From: an uncultured Verrucomicrobiae bacterium
Lineage (GTDB): Bacteria; Verrucomicrobiota; Verrucomicrobiia; Chthoniobacterales; UBA10450
NCBI GenBank assembly: GCA_963815455.1
Contig: CAWFGO010000003.1
Coordinates: 96,001-160,000, forward strand
Reading direction: 5' to 3'
DNA length: 64,000 nucleotides
Shown: positions 50,768-60,888 of the stretch, piece after piece
Position numbering within the stretch: the first letter of the stretch is position 1
Layout: each line of letters begins with the position of its first letter
The notes under the pieces: model-generated
What the model saw: only the letters and a program-made list of their open reading frames with translations
Told to the model about the DNA's origin: nothing
The model's database searches: none
Program-made: the position numbers and the translations under genes

Positions 50768-51688
50768 ATGAATAAGAGGCTATCCAGAGAGAAACAGGCT
50801 TTAGTCCTAGCGGCGCTGTGCGAAGGCACTCCGATCCGCGCTTGCGCCCGTATGTTCAAGGTCGGGAAAGACACGATTCATCGCGTGATCTGTGAGACTG
50901 GCGCGGCCTTTGCCGATTACATGGACTCCGAGTTTCGGGACTTGCCCTGCGCTCGCATCGAAATGGATGAGCAGTGGCAATACGTAGGTTGTCACTCTGG
51001 CCGGATGAAAAAGCCGGAGAATGTGTGGGAGCGTAGCGACAAGACACGCGGAGACTTCTGGCTATGGGCCTGCATTGATGCAGACACAAAGCTGGTATTC
51101 TCTCACAACGTAGGAAAGCGGGATTACTGGACGGGCCGCGTGTTCGTTGAGGATGTTCGCAAGCGGGTTAAGGGGCCGGTCCAAATCGCCACCGACAATT
51201 TGCCAGCGTATCCTTCGCTAATTCAGGGAGCGTTTGGCTATGAGGGTTTCAGCTACGGAACAGAGACAAAGATATTCGGCGAGCCGCAACTGCTAGACGG
51301 CACGCTGGCCCGTTTCGGACGCAATGAAGGCGTCCGTAAAATGGTCACAGCGGAGCGCAAGGCAGTAATAGGCTCGCCGGACTTAGGCAGCCTTACTACT
51401 TCACACATTGAGCGGGCTTTCCTGACCGTTCGCCAAGAACTGAAACGCTTTCAACGCAAGGGCCTTGGTTACTCAAAAGATTTGGAAACTCACAAACACG
51501 CGGTCGCGCTGTTCCTTGGCGTTTACAATTTCGTTCGGAAACACAAGACCCTTGGAAGCACGCCAGCGGTAGCGGCAGGCGTTGAGTGGGAAGCGTGGGA
51601 TTTAGAACGGGTAGTGGAAATGACAGAGGCGTTTATGCGCCGTAAAGAGGACGCGAAGTTTGAACATGCCTTCGCGGAATACCAATAA
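50768..51688 (+). CDS. IS1-family DDE transposase
   Basis: N-terminal HTH (EGTPIRACARMFKV); EMDEQW, TDNLPAY, TSHIER and YNF..H..TPA motifs. Confidence 0.88.
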   Translation: MNKRLSREKQALVLAALCEGTPIRACARMFKVGKDTIHRVICETGAAFADYMDSEFRDLPCARIEMDEQWQYVGCHSGRMKKPENVWERSDKTRGDFWLWACIDADTKLVFSHNVGKRDYWTGRVFVEDVRKRVKGPVQIATDNLPAYPSLIQGAFGYEGFSYGTETKIFGEPQLLDGTLARFGRNEGVRKMVTAERKAVIGSPDLGSLTTSHIERAFLTVRQELKRFQRKGLGYSKDLETHKHAVALFLGVYNFVRKHKTLGSTPAVAAGVEWEAWDLERVVEMTEAFMRRKEDAKFEHAFAEYQ

Positions 51689-51689
51689 G

Positions 51690-52064
51690 ATGAAAGTATG
51701 GACGTTACTTACACTGTTAACGATGGTGCTTGGATTTCTCACCGGCTTTTTCATCATAAAAGGCGATGCACGTATCAGCGAGAGTCCAATTCTAAACGGA
51801 CTGTTTGGTGCCGTAGTATTTCCTGCGGCAATGGCATACGTCGTCGCCGTCGTCTTTTCTTGGATGAAAGGAAAACGCGGTTGCGCAATAGCAGGAGCTA
51901 TCGGCTTTGTCGCTCCGTATCTCACCATCCTGCCGATCATGGCAGTCGTTGGCGCAATTCGGATTGCGCGACCTAACTCAATGTGGGCACGGAAATACTA
52001 CGGCCCGCAAAAAATGGAAATTGCGCGGCGAAGATTCCCCAAGGAGGCGAAACTGGAATGCTGA
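51690..52064 (+). CDS. Small membrane protein, transposon cargo
   Basis: ATG 1 nt after the transposase stop; three to four hydrophobic segments. Confidence 0.6.
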   Translation: MKVWTLLTLLTMVLGFLTGFFIIKGDARISESPILNGLFGAVVFPAAMAYVVAVVFSWMKGKRGCAIAGAIGFVAPYLTILPIMAVVGAIRIARPNSMWARKYYGPQKMEIARRRFPKEAKLEC

Positions 52065-52544
52065 TTACGGCGTTGCTGACGCTTCTATTTCTGCCGTTGG
52101 TTGTGGTGATGGCGTTGCGCTGTTGGAATCTTCCGCCTGTTCCGGTGACACGGATATGGTCGCTGTCGTTTGCGGCGATGACGCTGGCGATGCTTGGTCA
52201 GGCTGCGATGTGCCAGTATTGGAGAGCCAGATTTGTAGAATGCCAAAAATCAGGGTTATCACAACGGCAGCTATCGCGGCCCAAGCAGCAATCTTTGTCC
52301 AGCCAAGCGTTTCCTTGTTACTCAGGCGATCAATTTCCGCAGTTAAGATTACTATTTGATCAGACGCGACTCGTATCGCTCGGCGAGTATCCTGCGAGCT
52401 ATCGGTATACTTTCGAACGATCGAGACAAAAAAATCCAGATACCGCCGAAGTTCCGTCTCTGTCAGACTGCCGTCGCGTCTCTTTTGCGCGATCTCATCC
52501 AACGTCGCCCAAATGCTTTTGCTTTCCACAGCCAGCCATTTCAA
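52065..52544 (-). CDS. Single-TM hypothetical protein, transposon cargo
   Basis: Helical N-part, TM segment (WAAIAAVVITLIFGILQIW) and S/T/P-rich tail; abuts the convergent gene. Confidence 0.5.
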   Translation of the reverse strand: MKWLAVESKSIWATLDEIAQKRRDGSLTETELRRYLDFFVSIVRKYTDSSQDTRRAIRVASDQIVILTAEIDRLSNKETLGWTKIAAWAAIAAVVITLIFGILQIWLSNTGTSQPDQASPASSPQTTATISVSPEQAEDSNSATPSPQPTAEIEASATP

Positions 52545-52677
52545 CCGAATCGCCCTCTAATTACCATACCGAAGCTGGCCCAACACCTAGCGACTTTATA
52601 TGACATATATTGTCTGATGTCATGGAATGGACGTGCCGGGCGCATGCCAGGCCATTAAAGGGTCCCCTCTTTCGGAC

Positions 52678-53472
52678 TCAATTGCCCCGCGTTTGCTCGG
52701 CGGAGAATTCGACCGGGTCCTGCTGGAAATACCGTTGCAATTCCTGGTAGAGCTTCGGATGCCGGGCGCGCAGCGCATGAGGTTGCTCGAAGAAGGCTTC
52801 GGTCGATACGGCGAAGAACTCAGCTGGATTGGTTGCGCCGTAGGTATTGAGCAGCGTCGGAATTCCGGTGTCGTCGGCGGCCCGCAGGCAGGCAAATTCT
52901 GTCCGCATCACCTCTCGCCACGATAGTTGCTGTTCCCGGGTGGCCAGCGCCGGCGCGCCGTCGCCTGCTCCGTTCTCGTAGTCGAGTTGGTGGGCAAACT
53001 CGTGCAGCACGAGGTTCTTGCCGTCCTTTGGATCGGCGGCGCCGGCCCGGACAGCGTCCCAGGCGAGGACCAGGGTGCCCATCTGGCGACCGGTCTCGCC
53101 TAAACGGAACGCTTGCCCCTCTCCCCAGACATGATCTTGAATCTGTTCGTTCGCCTCGACGATGTAGGTCGAGGGATAAACGAGAATGGTCAACAGCCGC
53201 GGGAAGTAATCGTTCTTGCGATGCAACAGGAGAAGACAAGCCTGGGCCGCGATCGTTACCAGGATTTCATCGGTGAGCTCGAGGCCACCGCAGCCTTCGA
53301 ACCGTTTTTCGGCCAGGAAAACCTGGACGTGGCCGAGAAGCTCGGTTTGGTCGGCGGCGGAAAGACGGTCAAAGAATGCGACGTTCCATTTGATCGCAGC
53401 CAGCCAGCCTTTTGGAAACGGCCGGGTCCGCAGCCTTTGGCGACGTCGCTCTTTGAGGAATCCAAGGATCAC
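52678..53472 (-). CDS. MtfA/peptidase M90 family zinc metallopeptidase
   Basis: IAAQACL, HEFAHQLD and YGATNPAEFFAV motifs. Confidence 0.92.
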   Translation of the reverse strand: MILGFLKERRRQRLRTRPFPKGWLAAIKWNVAFFDRLSAADQTELLGHVQVFLAEKRFEGCGGLELTDEILVTIAAQACLLLLHRKNDYFPRLLTILVYPSTYIVEANEQIQDHVWGEGQAFRLGETGRQMGTLVLAWDAVRAGAADPKDGKNLVLHEFAHQLDYENGAGDGAPALATREQQLSWREVMRTEFACLRAADDTGIPTLLNTYGATNPAEFFAVSTEAFFEQPHALRARHPKLYQELQRYFQQDPVEFSAEQTRGN

Positions 53473-53563
53473 GTCGCAACATAATGACCGTTCGCGCTGA
53501 ACGCTTGCGGAAAATGTCGTTGCACCGCCGTTGCGCTAATCCGAGTTGGGATCGATTGAGCGC

Positions 53564-53636
53564 TGTAGCGTGCGCTGTCCTCAGCGCACATCAAGGTTGT
53601 GGAGGCAAGAGTCCGCTGAGGACAGCGGACGCTGCA
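53564..53636. repeat. Inverted GTAG-type REP pair
   Basis: TGTAGCGTGCGCTGTCCTCAGCGCAC ... GTCCGCTGAGGACAGCGGACGCTGCA. Confidence 0.8.
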
Positions 53637-53719
53637 ACAGCAGACGCGCACACTTGACGTTCCTGGCGCGTTCGCAAAGAATCGGCACTCAACCAAACGT
53701 CGATAAGGAGAAGACCCCT

Positions 53720-54374
53720 ATGAAAATTGGTGAAACAGCGCCGGATTTCGAAGCTGAAACGACCCAGGGCAAGATCCGCTTCCACGATTGGATCGGCGAT
53801 TCCTGGGCGATATTGTTTTCTCACCCGAAAGATTTCACCCCGGTCTGCACGACCGAGCTGGGATACATGGCCAGGATCAAGCCGGAGTTCGACCGCAGGA
53901 ATGTGAAGGTCATGGGATTATCGGTCGATTCGACCGGCGATCACGAAGGCTGGGCCAATGACATCAAGGAGACCCAGGGGCACGCGCCGAACTACCCGAT
54001 CATTGGCGACGCCGATTTCAAAGTGTCGAAGTTGTATGGAATGCTCCCCGCTGAAACCAGCGGCGACGCGAAAGCGCGCAAGGCGGCGGATAACGCGACC
54101 GTCCGCAACGTTTACGTGGTCGGCCCGGACAAGAAAATCAAACTTGTCCTCATCTATCCGATGGACGACCGGGCGTAACTTCGACGAAGTGCTGCGGGTA
54201 ATCGATTCACTGCAACTGACGGCGAAACATCAGGTGGCGACACCGGTGAATTGGAAACCGGGCGAGGACGTTATCATTTCCGGTTCGGTATCGAACGAAG
54301 AAGCAAAGAAACGATATCCGCAAGGCTGGAAAGAGCCGAAACCGTACATCCGGATCGTGCCGCAGCCGAATTAG
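53720..54374 (+). CDS. 1-Cys peroxiredoxin (Prx6), one frameshift near 54163
   Basis: [19 protein letters not shown] is restored by removing one G; AAGGAG RBS upstream. Confidence 0.9.
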
Positions 54375-54389
54375 TGGCGAGTGACGAGC

Positions 54390-54581
54390 TGTAGCCGCGG
54401 GCGCTGACCGCGGATGTCGCTGTAGCCACGGCGCTCCGCCGCGGTGATTTCACCTGCGCAGGAGCGCCTCGACAGAGCGAGGCGGCTACAGAGGACATGC
54501 GGAAGCATGTCCCTCCGGGAAGAATCGGTGTCAGCGCACGAGAATAATTCCGCTTCGGAGGGACGTGCTTCTGCACGTCCG
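54390..54581. repeat. Composite cluster of REP-like palindromes
   Basis: Two TGTAGCC copies, an inverted GCGGCTACA copy, then a GGACATGCGGAAGCATGTCCCTCCG / CGGAGGGACGTGCTTCTGCACGTCC pair. Confidence 0.8.
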
Positions 54582-54701
54582 CGTGTAATGGCGCCCGTTC
54601 ATCTAATCGAGCGAATGTTCTAACGTCGCACAGCGACGTTGCTACAACTTCGGCCCAATTCGATCTCGCGTCTGGCGGCGGATTGTTCTATGACGATTCG
54701 C

Positions 54702-55823
54702 ATGAACACGACCTCTATCTCTCGCCGTAGATTCGCGGAATTACTCGGTGCCGGCGCAGCTTTCGCCGTGGCCCAACCCGTTTTTTCCGTGGCCAAGTCT
54801 CAACCGACGGCCGCGAAAGCGTCGATCAGCGGCGTTGTCCGCTTGAGCGCGAACGAAAATCCGTACGGCCCCTCCCCCAAAGCGCTCAAGGCGATGACGG
54901 ACTCGTTTGGCTTATCGTGTCGCTATCCCGACGAACATAACGACGAATTGATCAACGCCCTGGCCCGATTGAACGATGTCGATCGTAACCAAATTGCGCT
55001 CGGCGACGGTTCGGGCGAGATTTTGAAACTTTGCGCTGAGACATTTACCGGGCCGACCCGCGGCAATTTGGTCGCGGCCGACCCGACATTCGAGGCCCTG
55101 CTTAGTTACTCGAGCGCATTTGGCGCCGAGGTAGTCAAAGTTCCGCTGACCAGTAATTTTAGTCACGATCTCGCGAAAATGGGCGCCGCGGCCCGGAACG
55201 GTTTGGTTTACGTCTGCAACCCCAATAATCCCACCGCCAGCATTACGCCGAAGGCAGAACTCCGCGAGTTCATCACCAAAACCCCGCCAGAAACGATGAT
55301 CCTGGTAGACGAAGCCTATTTTCATTACGCAGACAGTCCCGATTACGAGAGCGTGATCCCGATGGTTAAGGATCATCCGAACCTCATCGTGGCGCGGACG
55401 TTTTCAAAAATTTACGGCATGGCCGGGTTACGCTGCGGCTACGGCGTCGCACAAAAGGCAACAATCGAGCGGATGCATCCGTATCAAATGTGGGACAGCG
55501 TCAACTGCATGGCCCTGGCCGCATCGATCGCGAGTTTGACCGACCCCGACCAAGTCGCGAACGGCAAGCGCCTCAACAACGAAGCGAAAACATTCGTAAC
55601 GACCGAGCTCGACAAGATGGGTTACAAATCCATTCCGTCCCAGGCCAACTTCATCATGTTCGACTGCAAGAAACCGGTCGTGCCGATCGTTCAGGCGATG
55701 AAGGAAAAGAATGTGCAGGTCGGTCGTCTATTCCCCGCGATGCCAAACTACATGCGTCTCACCATCGGCAAGAAATCTGAGATGGAAACTTTTCTGGCCG
55801 CGTTCCGCAAAATCGTAGCCTAA
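54702..55823 (+). CDS. HisC-family PLP aminotransferase with a Tat signal
   Basis: [24 protein letters not shown] and [13 protein letters not shown] motifs. Confidence 0.9.
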   Translation: MNTTSISRRRFAELLGAGAAFAVAQPVFSVAKSQPTAAKASISGVVRLSANENPYGPSPKALKAMTDSFGLSCRYPDEHNDELINALARLNDVDRNQIALGDGSGEILKLCAETFTGPTRGNLVAADPTFEALLSYSSAFGAEVVKVPLTSNFSHDLAKMGAAARNGLVYVCNPNNPTASITPKAELREFITKTPPETMILVDEAYFHYADSPDYESVIPMVKDHPNLIVARTFSKIYGMAGLRCGYGVAQKATIERMHPYQMWDSVNCMALAASIASLTDPDQVANGKRLNNEAKTFVTTELDKMGYKSIPSQANFIMFDCKKPVVPIVQAMKEKNVQVGRLFPAMPNYMRLTIGKKSEMETFLAAFRKIVA

Positions 55824-55959
55824 GGTGGAACGCGATCTCCGAGCGCGTTGGTAAACAAATGCGGCTTCGCCGCCTGATTCCAGCATCGAGCTCGGAGATC
55901 GCGATCCACCGACGAATCGAGTCGGATCGAGAGATTCCTCGACTACGCTCGAAATGACA
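55824..55959. repeat. Inverted GTGG-type palindrome pair plus a CTCGAC..CGCTCG..ATGACA repeat
   Basis: GGTGGAACGCGATCTCCGAGCGCG ... CGAGCTCGGAGATCGCGATCCACC; GAGATTCCTCGACTACGCTCGAAATGACA. Confidence 0.75.
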
Positions 55960-58524
55960 ACGCGCCGTTTTTGCATCGACATGGATGATTTGCCCTTCGC
56001 GGACTTTGCCTTCGAGGATGTCGATGCTGAGCGGATCGAGAATTTGTTTTTGAATCGTGCGACGCAGCGGGCGGGCGCCGTAAACCGGGTCGTAACCTTC
56101 GCGGGCGAGCAGTTCCTTGGCCGAATCGGATAACTCGAGCGTGATCTTTTGCTGATCGAGACGTTTGGTCAGGCGTTTGAGTTGAATCTCGACGATCTTC
56201 TTGAGGTCGTCTTCGCTAAGCCGGTCGAAAATGATGATCTCATCAACCCGGTTGAGAAATTCCGGACGGAAATGGCTGCGCAGTGCGTCCATCACCAAGC
56301 GAGAGCGCGCTTCTTTCGATTCGTCCCCGGTAATAAACTGCGAGCCGATGTTCGAGGTCATGATGATAACCGTGTTCTTGAAATCGACCGTCCTCCCCTG
56401 CCCGTCCGTGATCCGGCCGTCGTCGAGCACTTGCAGCAACACGTTGAACACGTCCTGGTGCGCTTTTTCGATCTCGTCGAACAGCACGACCGAATACGGT
56501 TTCCGGCGAACAGCCTCGGAGAGTTGCCCGCCCTCCTCGTAGCCGACGTATCCCGGCGGCGCGCCGATTAGTCGCGCGACGGTGTGTTTCTCCATGTACT
56601 CGCTCATGTCGATCCTGATCATGGCGTTCTCGTCGTCGAAAAGGAATTCGGCCAGCGCGCGGGACAGCTCGGTCTTGCCAACTCCGGTCGGTCCGAGAAA
56701 GATGAATGAGCCGAGCGGCCGGTTCGGATCCTGGAGGCCGGCGCGCGCCCGACGCACCGCGTTTGAGACCGCCTTGATCGCCTCGTTCTGTCCCACCACG
56801 CGCTGGTGCAAATGTTCTTCCAATTTTACCAGTTTTTCGCGCTCGCCCTCCTGCAATCGCGAGACCGGAATGTGCGTCCAGGCGGAAACGACGTTGGCGA
56901 TGTCTTCCTCGGTCACTTCTTCACGCAGCAGCGTTGATTTAGCGTCCTTTTTTTCCGCTTTCGCCGTCGCGTCGCTCAATTTCTTCTCTAATTCGGGAAT
57001 CCGTCCGTATTGAAGCTCGCTCGCCTTGGCCAGTTCCCCGCGCCGCTGCGCACGCTCGAGCTCGGTCCGCAATTTATCGAGTTCCTCTTTCCATTTCCGC
57101 TGTTCCTCGATGACCGCTTTTTCCTTCTGCCATTCGGCTTTGAGGGCGCCGGATTTCTCTTTCAGCTCGGCCAGTTCCTTTTCGAGCTTTTTCAAACGCT
57201 CCTTGCTCGCGGCGTCTTTTTCCTTCTTCAGCGCTTGCCGTTCCATTTCGTGCTGCATGATCTCGCGCTCGATGACGTCGATCTCGGTCGGCATCGAGTC
57301 GATCTCGATCTTCAACCGTGAGGCCGCTTCATCGACAAGATCGATCGCTTTGTCGGGAAGAAACCGGTCGCTGATGTAGCGATGCGAGAGCACCGCCGCC
57401 GCGACCAGCGCAGCATCGGTGATCCGCACGCCGTGATGCACTTCGTAGCGCTCCTTTAATCCGCGTAGGATGGCAATGGTGTCTTCCACACTCGGCTCTT
57501 CGACCATTACCGGTTGAAAACGCCGTTCGAGCGCGGCGTCTTTTTCGATGTATTTGCGATATTCGTCGAGCGTGGTCGCGCCCACCGTGCGCAATTCTCC
57601 GCGGGCCAGCATCGGCTTGAGCATGTTCGATGCATCGACCGAGCCCTCGGCCGCGCCCGCGCCTACAATCGTGTGCAGCTCGTCGATGAAGAGAATGACC
57701 TGCCCCTGCGAATCGGTGACTTCTTTCAGGAACGCTTTGAGCCGGTCCTCGAATTCGCCGCGGAATTTTGCGCCGGCGATCATCGAGCCGATGTCCAGGG
57801 CGATGATCCGTTTTTGTTTTAGCGATTCGGGGAGATCGCCGGAAATAATTCGTCGCGCCAAACCTTCCACGATCGCCGTTTTGCCAACGCCCGGATCGCC
57901 GATGAGCACCGGATTATTTTTCGTGCGGCGCGACAGCACCTGCATGATGCGCCGGATTTCGTTGTCGCGCCCGATGACGGGATCGATCTTGCCCCGTCGC
58001 GCCAGCTCGGTAAGATCGCGTCCGTATTTTTCGAGCGCCTGATATTTGCCCTCGGGATTTTGATCGGTCACGCGTTGAGAACCTCGCACTTGTTGCAACG
58101 CCTGCATCAATTTGTCGCGAGTGACGCCGAGGTCTTTGAGAACTTTCGCCGCCGGAACCCCGCTGAGCGGGGCCGCGCTGAGCGCGAGCAAATAATGCTC
58201 AGCACTGGTAAACTCGTCCTTTAGCTTCGACATCTCCTTCTCCGCGTCGTCAAGAACGCTGCGCAGTTCGTTGGAAAGCCGAAGATCGACAGCGGCGCCG
58301 TGAACTTTCGGACGTTGCGCCAGATCGCTCGTCAACCGATCTCGCAGTTGGTCCATCGGCACGCCGATTTTTTCCAGCAATGGCCGGGTAATCCCGTCGG
58401 TTTGATCGAGAAGCGCCAAGAGAAAATGTTCGTTGGTGATCTCCTGATGATTGGACTGCGAAGCCAGATCCTGCGCCGCCTGGAGCGCTTCCTGCATTTT
58501 CTGGGTGAACTTGTCGATGCGCAT
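55943..58524 (-). CDS. clpB: ATP-dependent chaperone ClpB (true stop probably 55943 after a homopolymer indel)
   Basis: GDPGVGKT and GPTGVGKT, long coiled-coil M domain, GARPLRR; adding one A gives [12 protein letters not shown]. Confidence 0.95.
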
Positions 58525-58617
58525 GCCTTCAACATAATGAACGCCGCTGTATCAGCAATCGCCTCGTCAAAATCTTCCCTGTTCTCATTGCCGGTTCGTT
58601 AGTGTAAATTTAGGAAC

Positions 58618-59493
58618 ATGGCGAAGGAGGAACGCTCGCTTTGGGAGCAACTCGATTCCGACGTTGAGCCGTGGCGGCGCGGGCGTCTCGTGCTGGTGCT
58701 CATTGCCCTGCTGAATCTTGTTTGCCAGGCGCTTGTCTTCGCCTGGGGAATAGTCCTCGGAGAAACGGAAGGGCTGCTGTGGCTGGTAACCGTTTCAGTT
58801 TTATTCTGGCTGCAGTTCTACCTCATTTGGATCGGTGTTCACTGGATTCGCTGGCTCGCCGGCGCCTCGGCCGGTCTGACCGGGTTTGCCTACGTAATCT
58901 GGGGGGTGCGTGATGGTAATCTATTTGAGATCGCGTTCGGCTGCATCGACCTGTTTATCGGCGCTTATCTTGGTCTGTCGCCTTCAGTTTATTTTTTTGC
59001 CAAACACCAGCAAGAGCGACGCAGTTGGTTTCACTCCCTGGCCGTCGCCGCCGTCTTCGTGGTGCTATTCATGACCCTTTTCCTGGGAACCGTTGGGTTG
59101 TCTGCCTACAGGGCGCAACTTGAAAACGAGGCGTGCGATTTTGCCGATGATGCTTTTGTTCGCATCTTCGCACATCACGATACTTATTTTTTTCTTGAGC
59201 ACATGACTGAGCAAGCCCTGGTCGCCGGCGGTGGCCGCGGTCAGCTTACGAAGTTCCTTCAATACACGACGCTCCAGGCCGGAGATGTGCATGAAATCAA
59301 ACGAGCAGCCGCACAACTAAGGCTGACCTATAGTTGGCCCGACAAACTAGGATGCACCGGCAGCGCCAACGCAGAAGGCATCGGCGCGCGCGGGCCCGTC
59401 CAGTTACAACTCATTCTCATTCGGTCGGCCCAGGGTTGGAGAATCGAAGATCTATCCTGGCGCTATCACGAATATCATCCCGTGCTGCCCTAA
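58618..59493 (+). CDS. Hypothetical membrane protein
   Basis: About five TM segments followed by a soluble domain. Confidence 0.75.
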   Translation: MAKEERSLWEQLDSDVEPWRRGRLVLVLIALLNLVCQALVFAWGIVLGETEGLLWLVTVSVLFWLQFYLIWIGVHWIRWLAGASAGLTGFAYVIWGVRDGNLFEIAFGCIDLFIGAYLGLSPSVYFFAKHQQERRSWFHSLAVAAVFVVLFMTLFLGTVGLSAYRAQLENEACDFADDAFVRIFAHHDTYFFLEHMTEQALVAGGGRGQLTKFLQYTTLQAGDVHEIKRAAAQLRLTYSWPDKLGCTGSANAEGIGARGPVQLQLILIRSAQGWRIEDLSWRYHEYHPVLP

Positions 59494-59584
59494 CGCGCGG
59501 GTTTGCCAATTCCTGAAGCCGAAAAAGATCAAAGTTACCCGGTCTCATTGCGGCTTCGCCTCTCACCGCGTATGAGTCTGGGCG

Positions 59585-60871
59585 ATGAAAGAGGGCACAA
59601 CACCATTTGGGAGCCATGCGCTGGAACTGCTCCGCGCCGGACCCTTCCGGCGTTACATCGTCGGCTCCCTCATCTCGGACAGTGGGACGTGGATGCAAGT
59701 AATGGCCCAGGCGTGGGTGATGAGCACGCTGACCAACAGGGCCATCTATCTCGGTTTGGTTAATTTCTGTGCCGGTCTTCCCACCCTGCTGCTGACAATG
59801 TACGGCGGCGCGGTCGCCGATCGCTTCGATAAGCGAAAAATTCTTGTAGCCACGCAAATTTGGCAGATCGGACTGGCGATGATCCTCGGCTGGCTGGTCC
59901 TCACGGGCCGCGTCCAGATTTGGCATATTATGGCCATGGCCACCTTGTTAGGCATTTGCATCGCCTTTGAGATGCCGGCCATTTCCGCTTTCGTTCCGGA
60001 GCTGGTCAAACAGGAACAGATCGCCGCCGCGATTGCAATGGACCGTTCGGTCTTTCACGGCGCGCGTTTGATCGGTCCGTCACTGGCTGGGTGGTTGATC
60101 ACGAAATGGGGCGCGGCCTATGCCTTCTTCGCCAACGCCACTTCGTTTATCGCGCTCATGGTTGCCATTATTTCCATCCCGCCGCGGAAAATCGGGACGA
60201 AGGAGGAAGAGGAGCAGCGACGCAGCGGAATGCTGGACGGATTTCGCTACATCAAATCCGATCGGATCATGGTCTTAATGATTGCCCTGATCGCAATCAC
60301 GACGATCTTCGTGTTTCCGGTAATTTCGGTAATGCTGCCACTGTACGTTCGTAACATTCTGCATCTGGGCGCCGATAAAATGGGCCTGTTGATGGCCGTG
60401 TCCGGAACCGGATCGCTCGCCGGTTCCCTTGGGTTTCTTTCCGTCGCGCGCGAGCATCGCTTCAGGTTGATGACCGGCAACGCCATTGCTGTTGCCATCG
60501 CGCTCTTTTGTATGTCATTTTCCGGCAGTTTTTTGCTCACGGCAGCGGCGATGGGGTTTCTCGCCATCGGGCTTTCGATGAATTTCGCGCTCGCTAATAC
60601 AATTGTTCAGGAACGCGCGCCGTCGCCGCTCCGAGGTCGCATTTCGGCGGTCTTCGGATTGAGTTTCTTTGGACTGATGCCCCTCGCTGGGCTGGGCATT
60701 CCCGGCCTATCCGATCTGATCGGAATGCGAACGGCGCTGGGCATTGCTTCTATTATCTTCGGCATCGGCGCCTTCTTTATCTTGAGCGCCGCCGGCCGCA
60801 AAGCATGCGAGTGCCGGGATGCAGTCGCGGCAATCGTGGAGCCGGAGTCGGAGCCGGTCCTGGTTCCGTGA
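59585..60871 (+). CDS. MFS transporter
   Basis: GAVADRFDKRK motif A; about 12 TM segments. Confidence 0.92.
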   Translation: MKEGTTPFGSHALELLRAGPFRRYIVGSLISDSGTWMQVMAQAWVMSTLTNRAIYLGLVNFCAGLPTLLLTMYGGAVADRFDKRKILVATQIWQIGLAMILGWLVLTGRVQIWHIMAMATLLGICIAFEMPAISAFVPELVKQEQIAAAIAMDRSVFHGARLIGPSLAGWLITKWGAAYAFFANATSFIALMVAIISIPPRKIGTKEEEEQRRSGMLDGFRYIKSDRIMVLMIALIAITTIFVFPVISVMLPLYVRNILHLGADKMGLLMAVSGTGSLAGSLGFLSVAREHRFRLMTGNAIAVAIALFCMSFSGSFLLTAAAMGFLAIGLSMNFALANTIVQERAPSPLRGRISAVFGLSFFGLMPLAGLGIPGLSDLIGMRTALGIASIIFGIGAFFILSAAGRKACECRDAVAAIVEPESEPVLVP

Positions 60872-60888
60872 TCACGATTCGTTAGCCG

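Larger units (their letters stand above)
49522..52587 (+). mobile_element. IS1-family transposon with passenger genes
   Basis: IRL GGTGTTGGGCCAGCTT (49522-49537) and IRR (52572-52587) match perfectly over 16 bp, 30/36 when extended; TAGCGACT duplicated at 49514-49521 and 52588-52595; internal DDE transposase. Confidence 0.9.

Noticed and set aside
54155..54180. Programmed frameshift in the peroxiredoxin (likewise pgm and the kinase)
   Set aside because: No slippery sequence; a single extra base in conserved genes fits the error pattern seen elsewhere.
54390..54581. Repeat cluster as a CRISPR array
   Set aside because: Units are dissimilar, inverted and irregularly spaced; no cas genes.
55759..55942. 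ClpB C-terminal extension overlapping the aminotransferase
   Set aside because: Translates repeat DNA and is removed by one added A in a homopolymer.
58525..58617. CIRCE/HrcA operator upstream of clpB
   Set aside because: Only a weak half-site (TCAGCAATC); no inverted partner.
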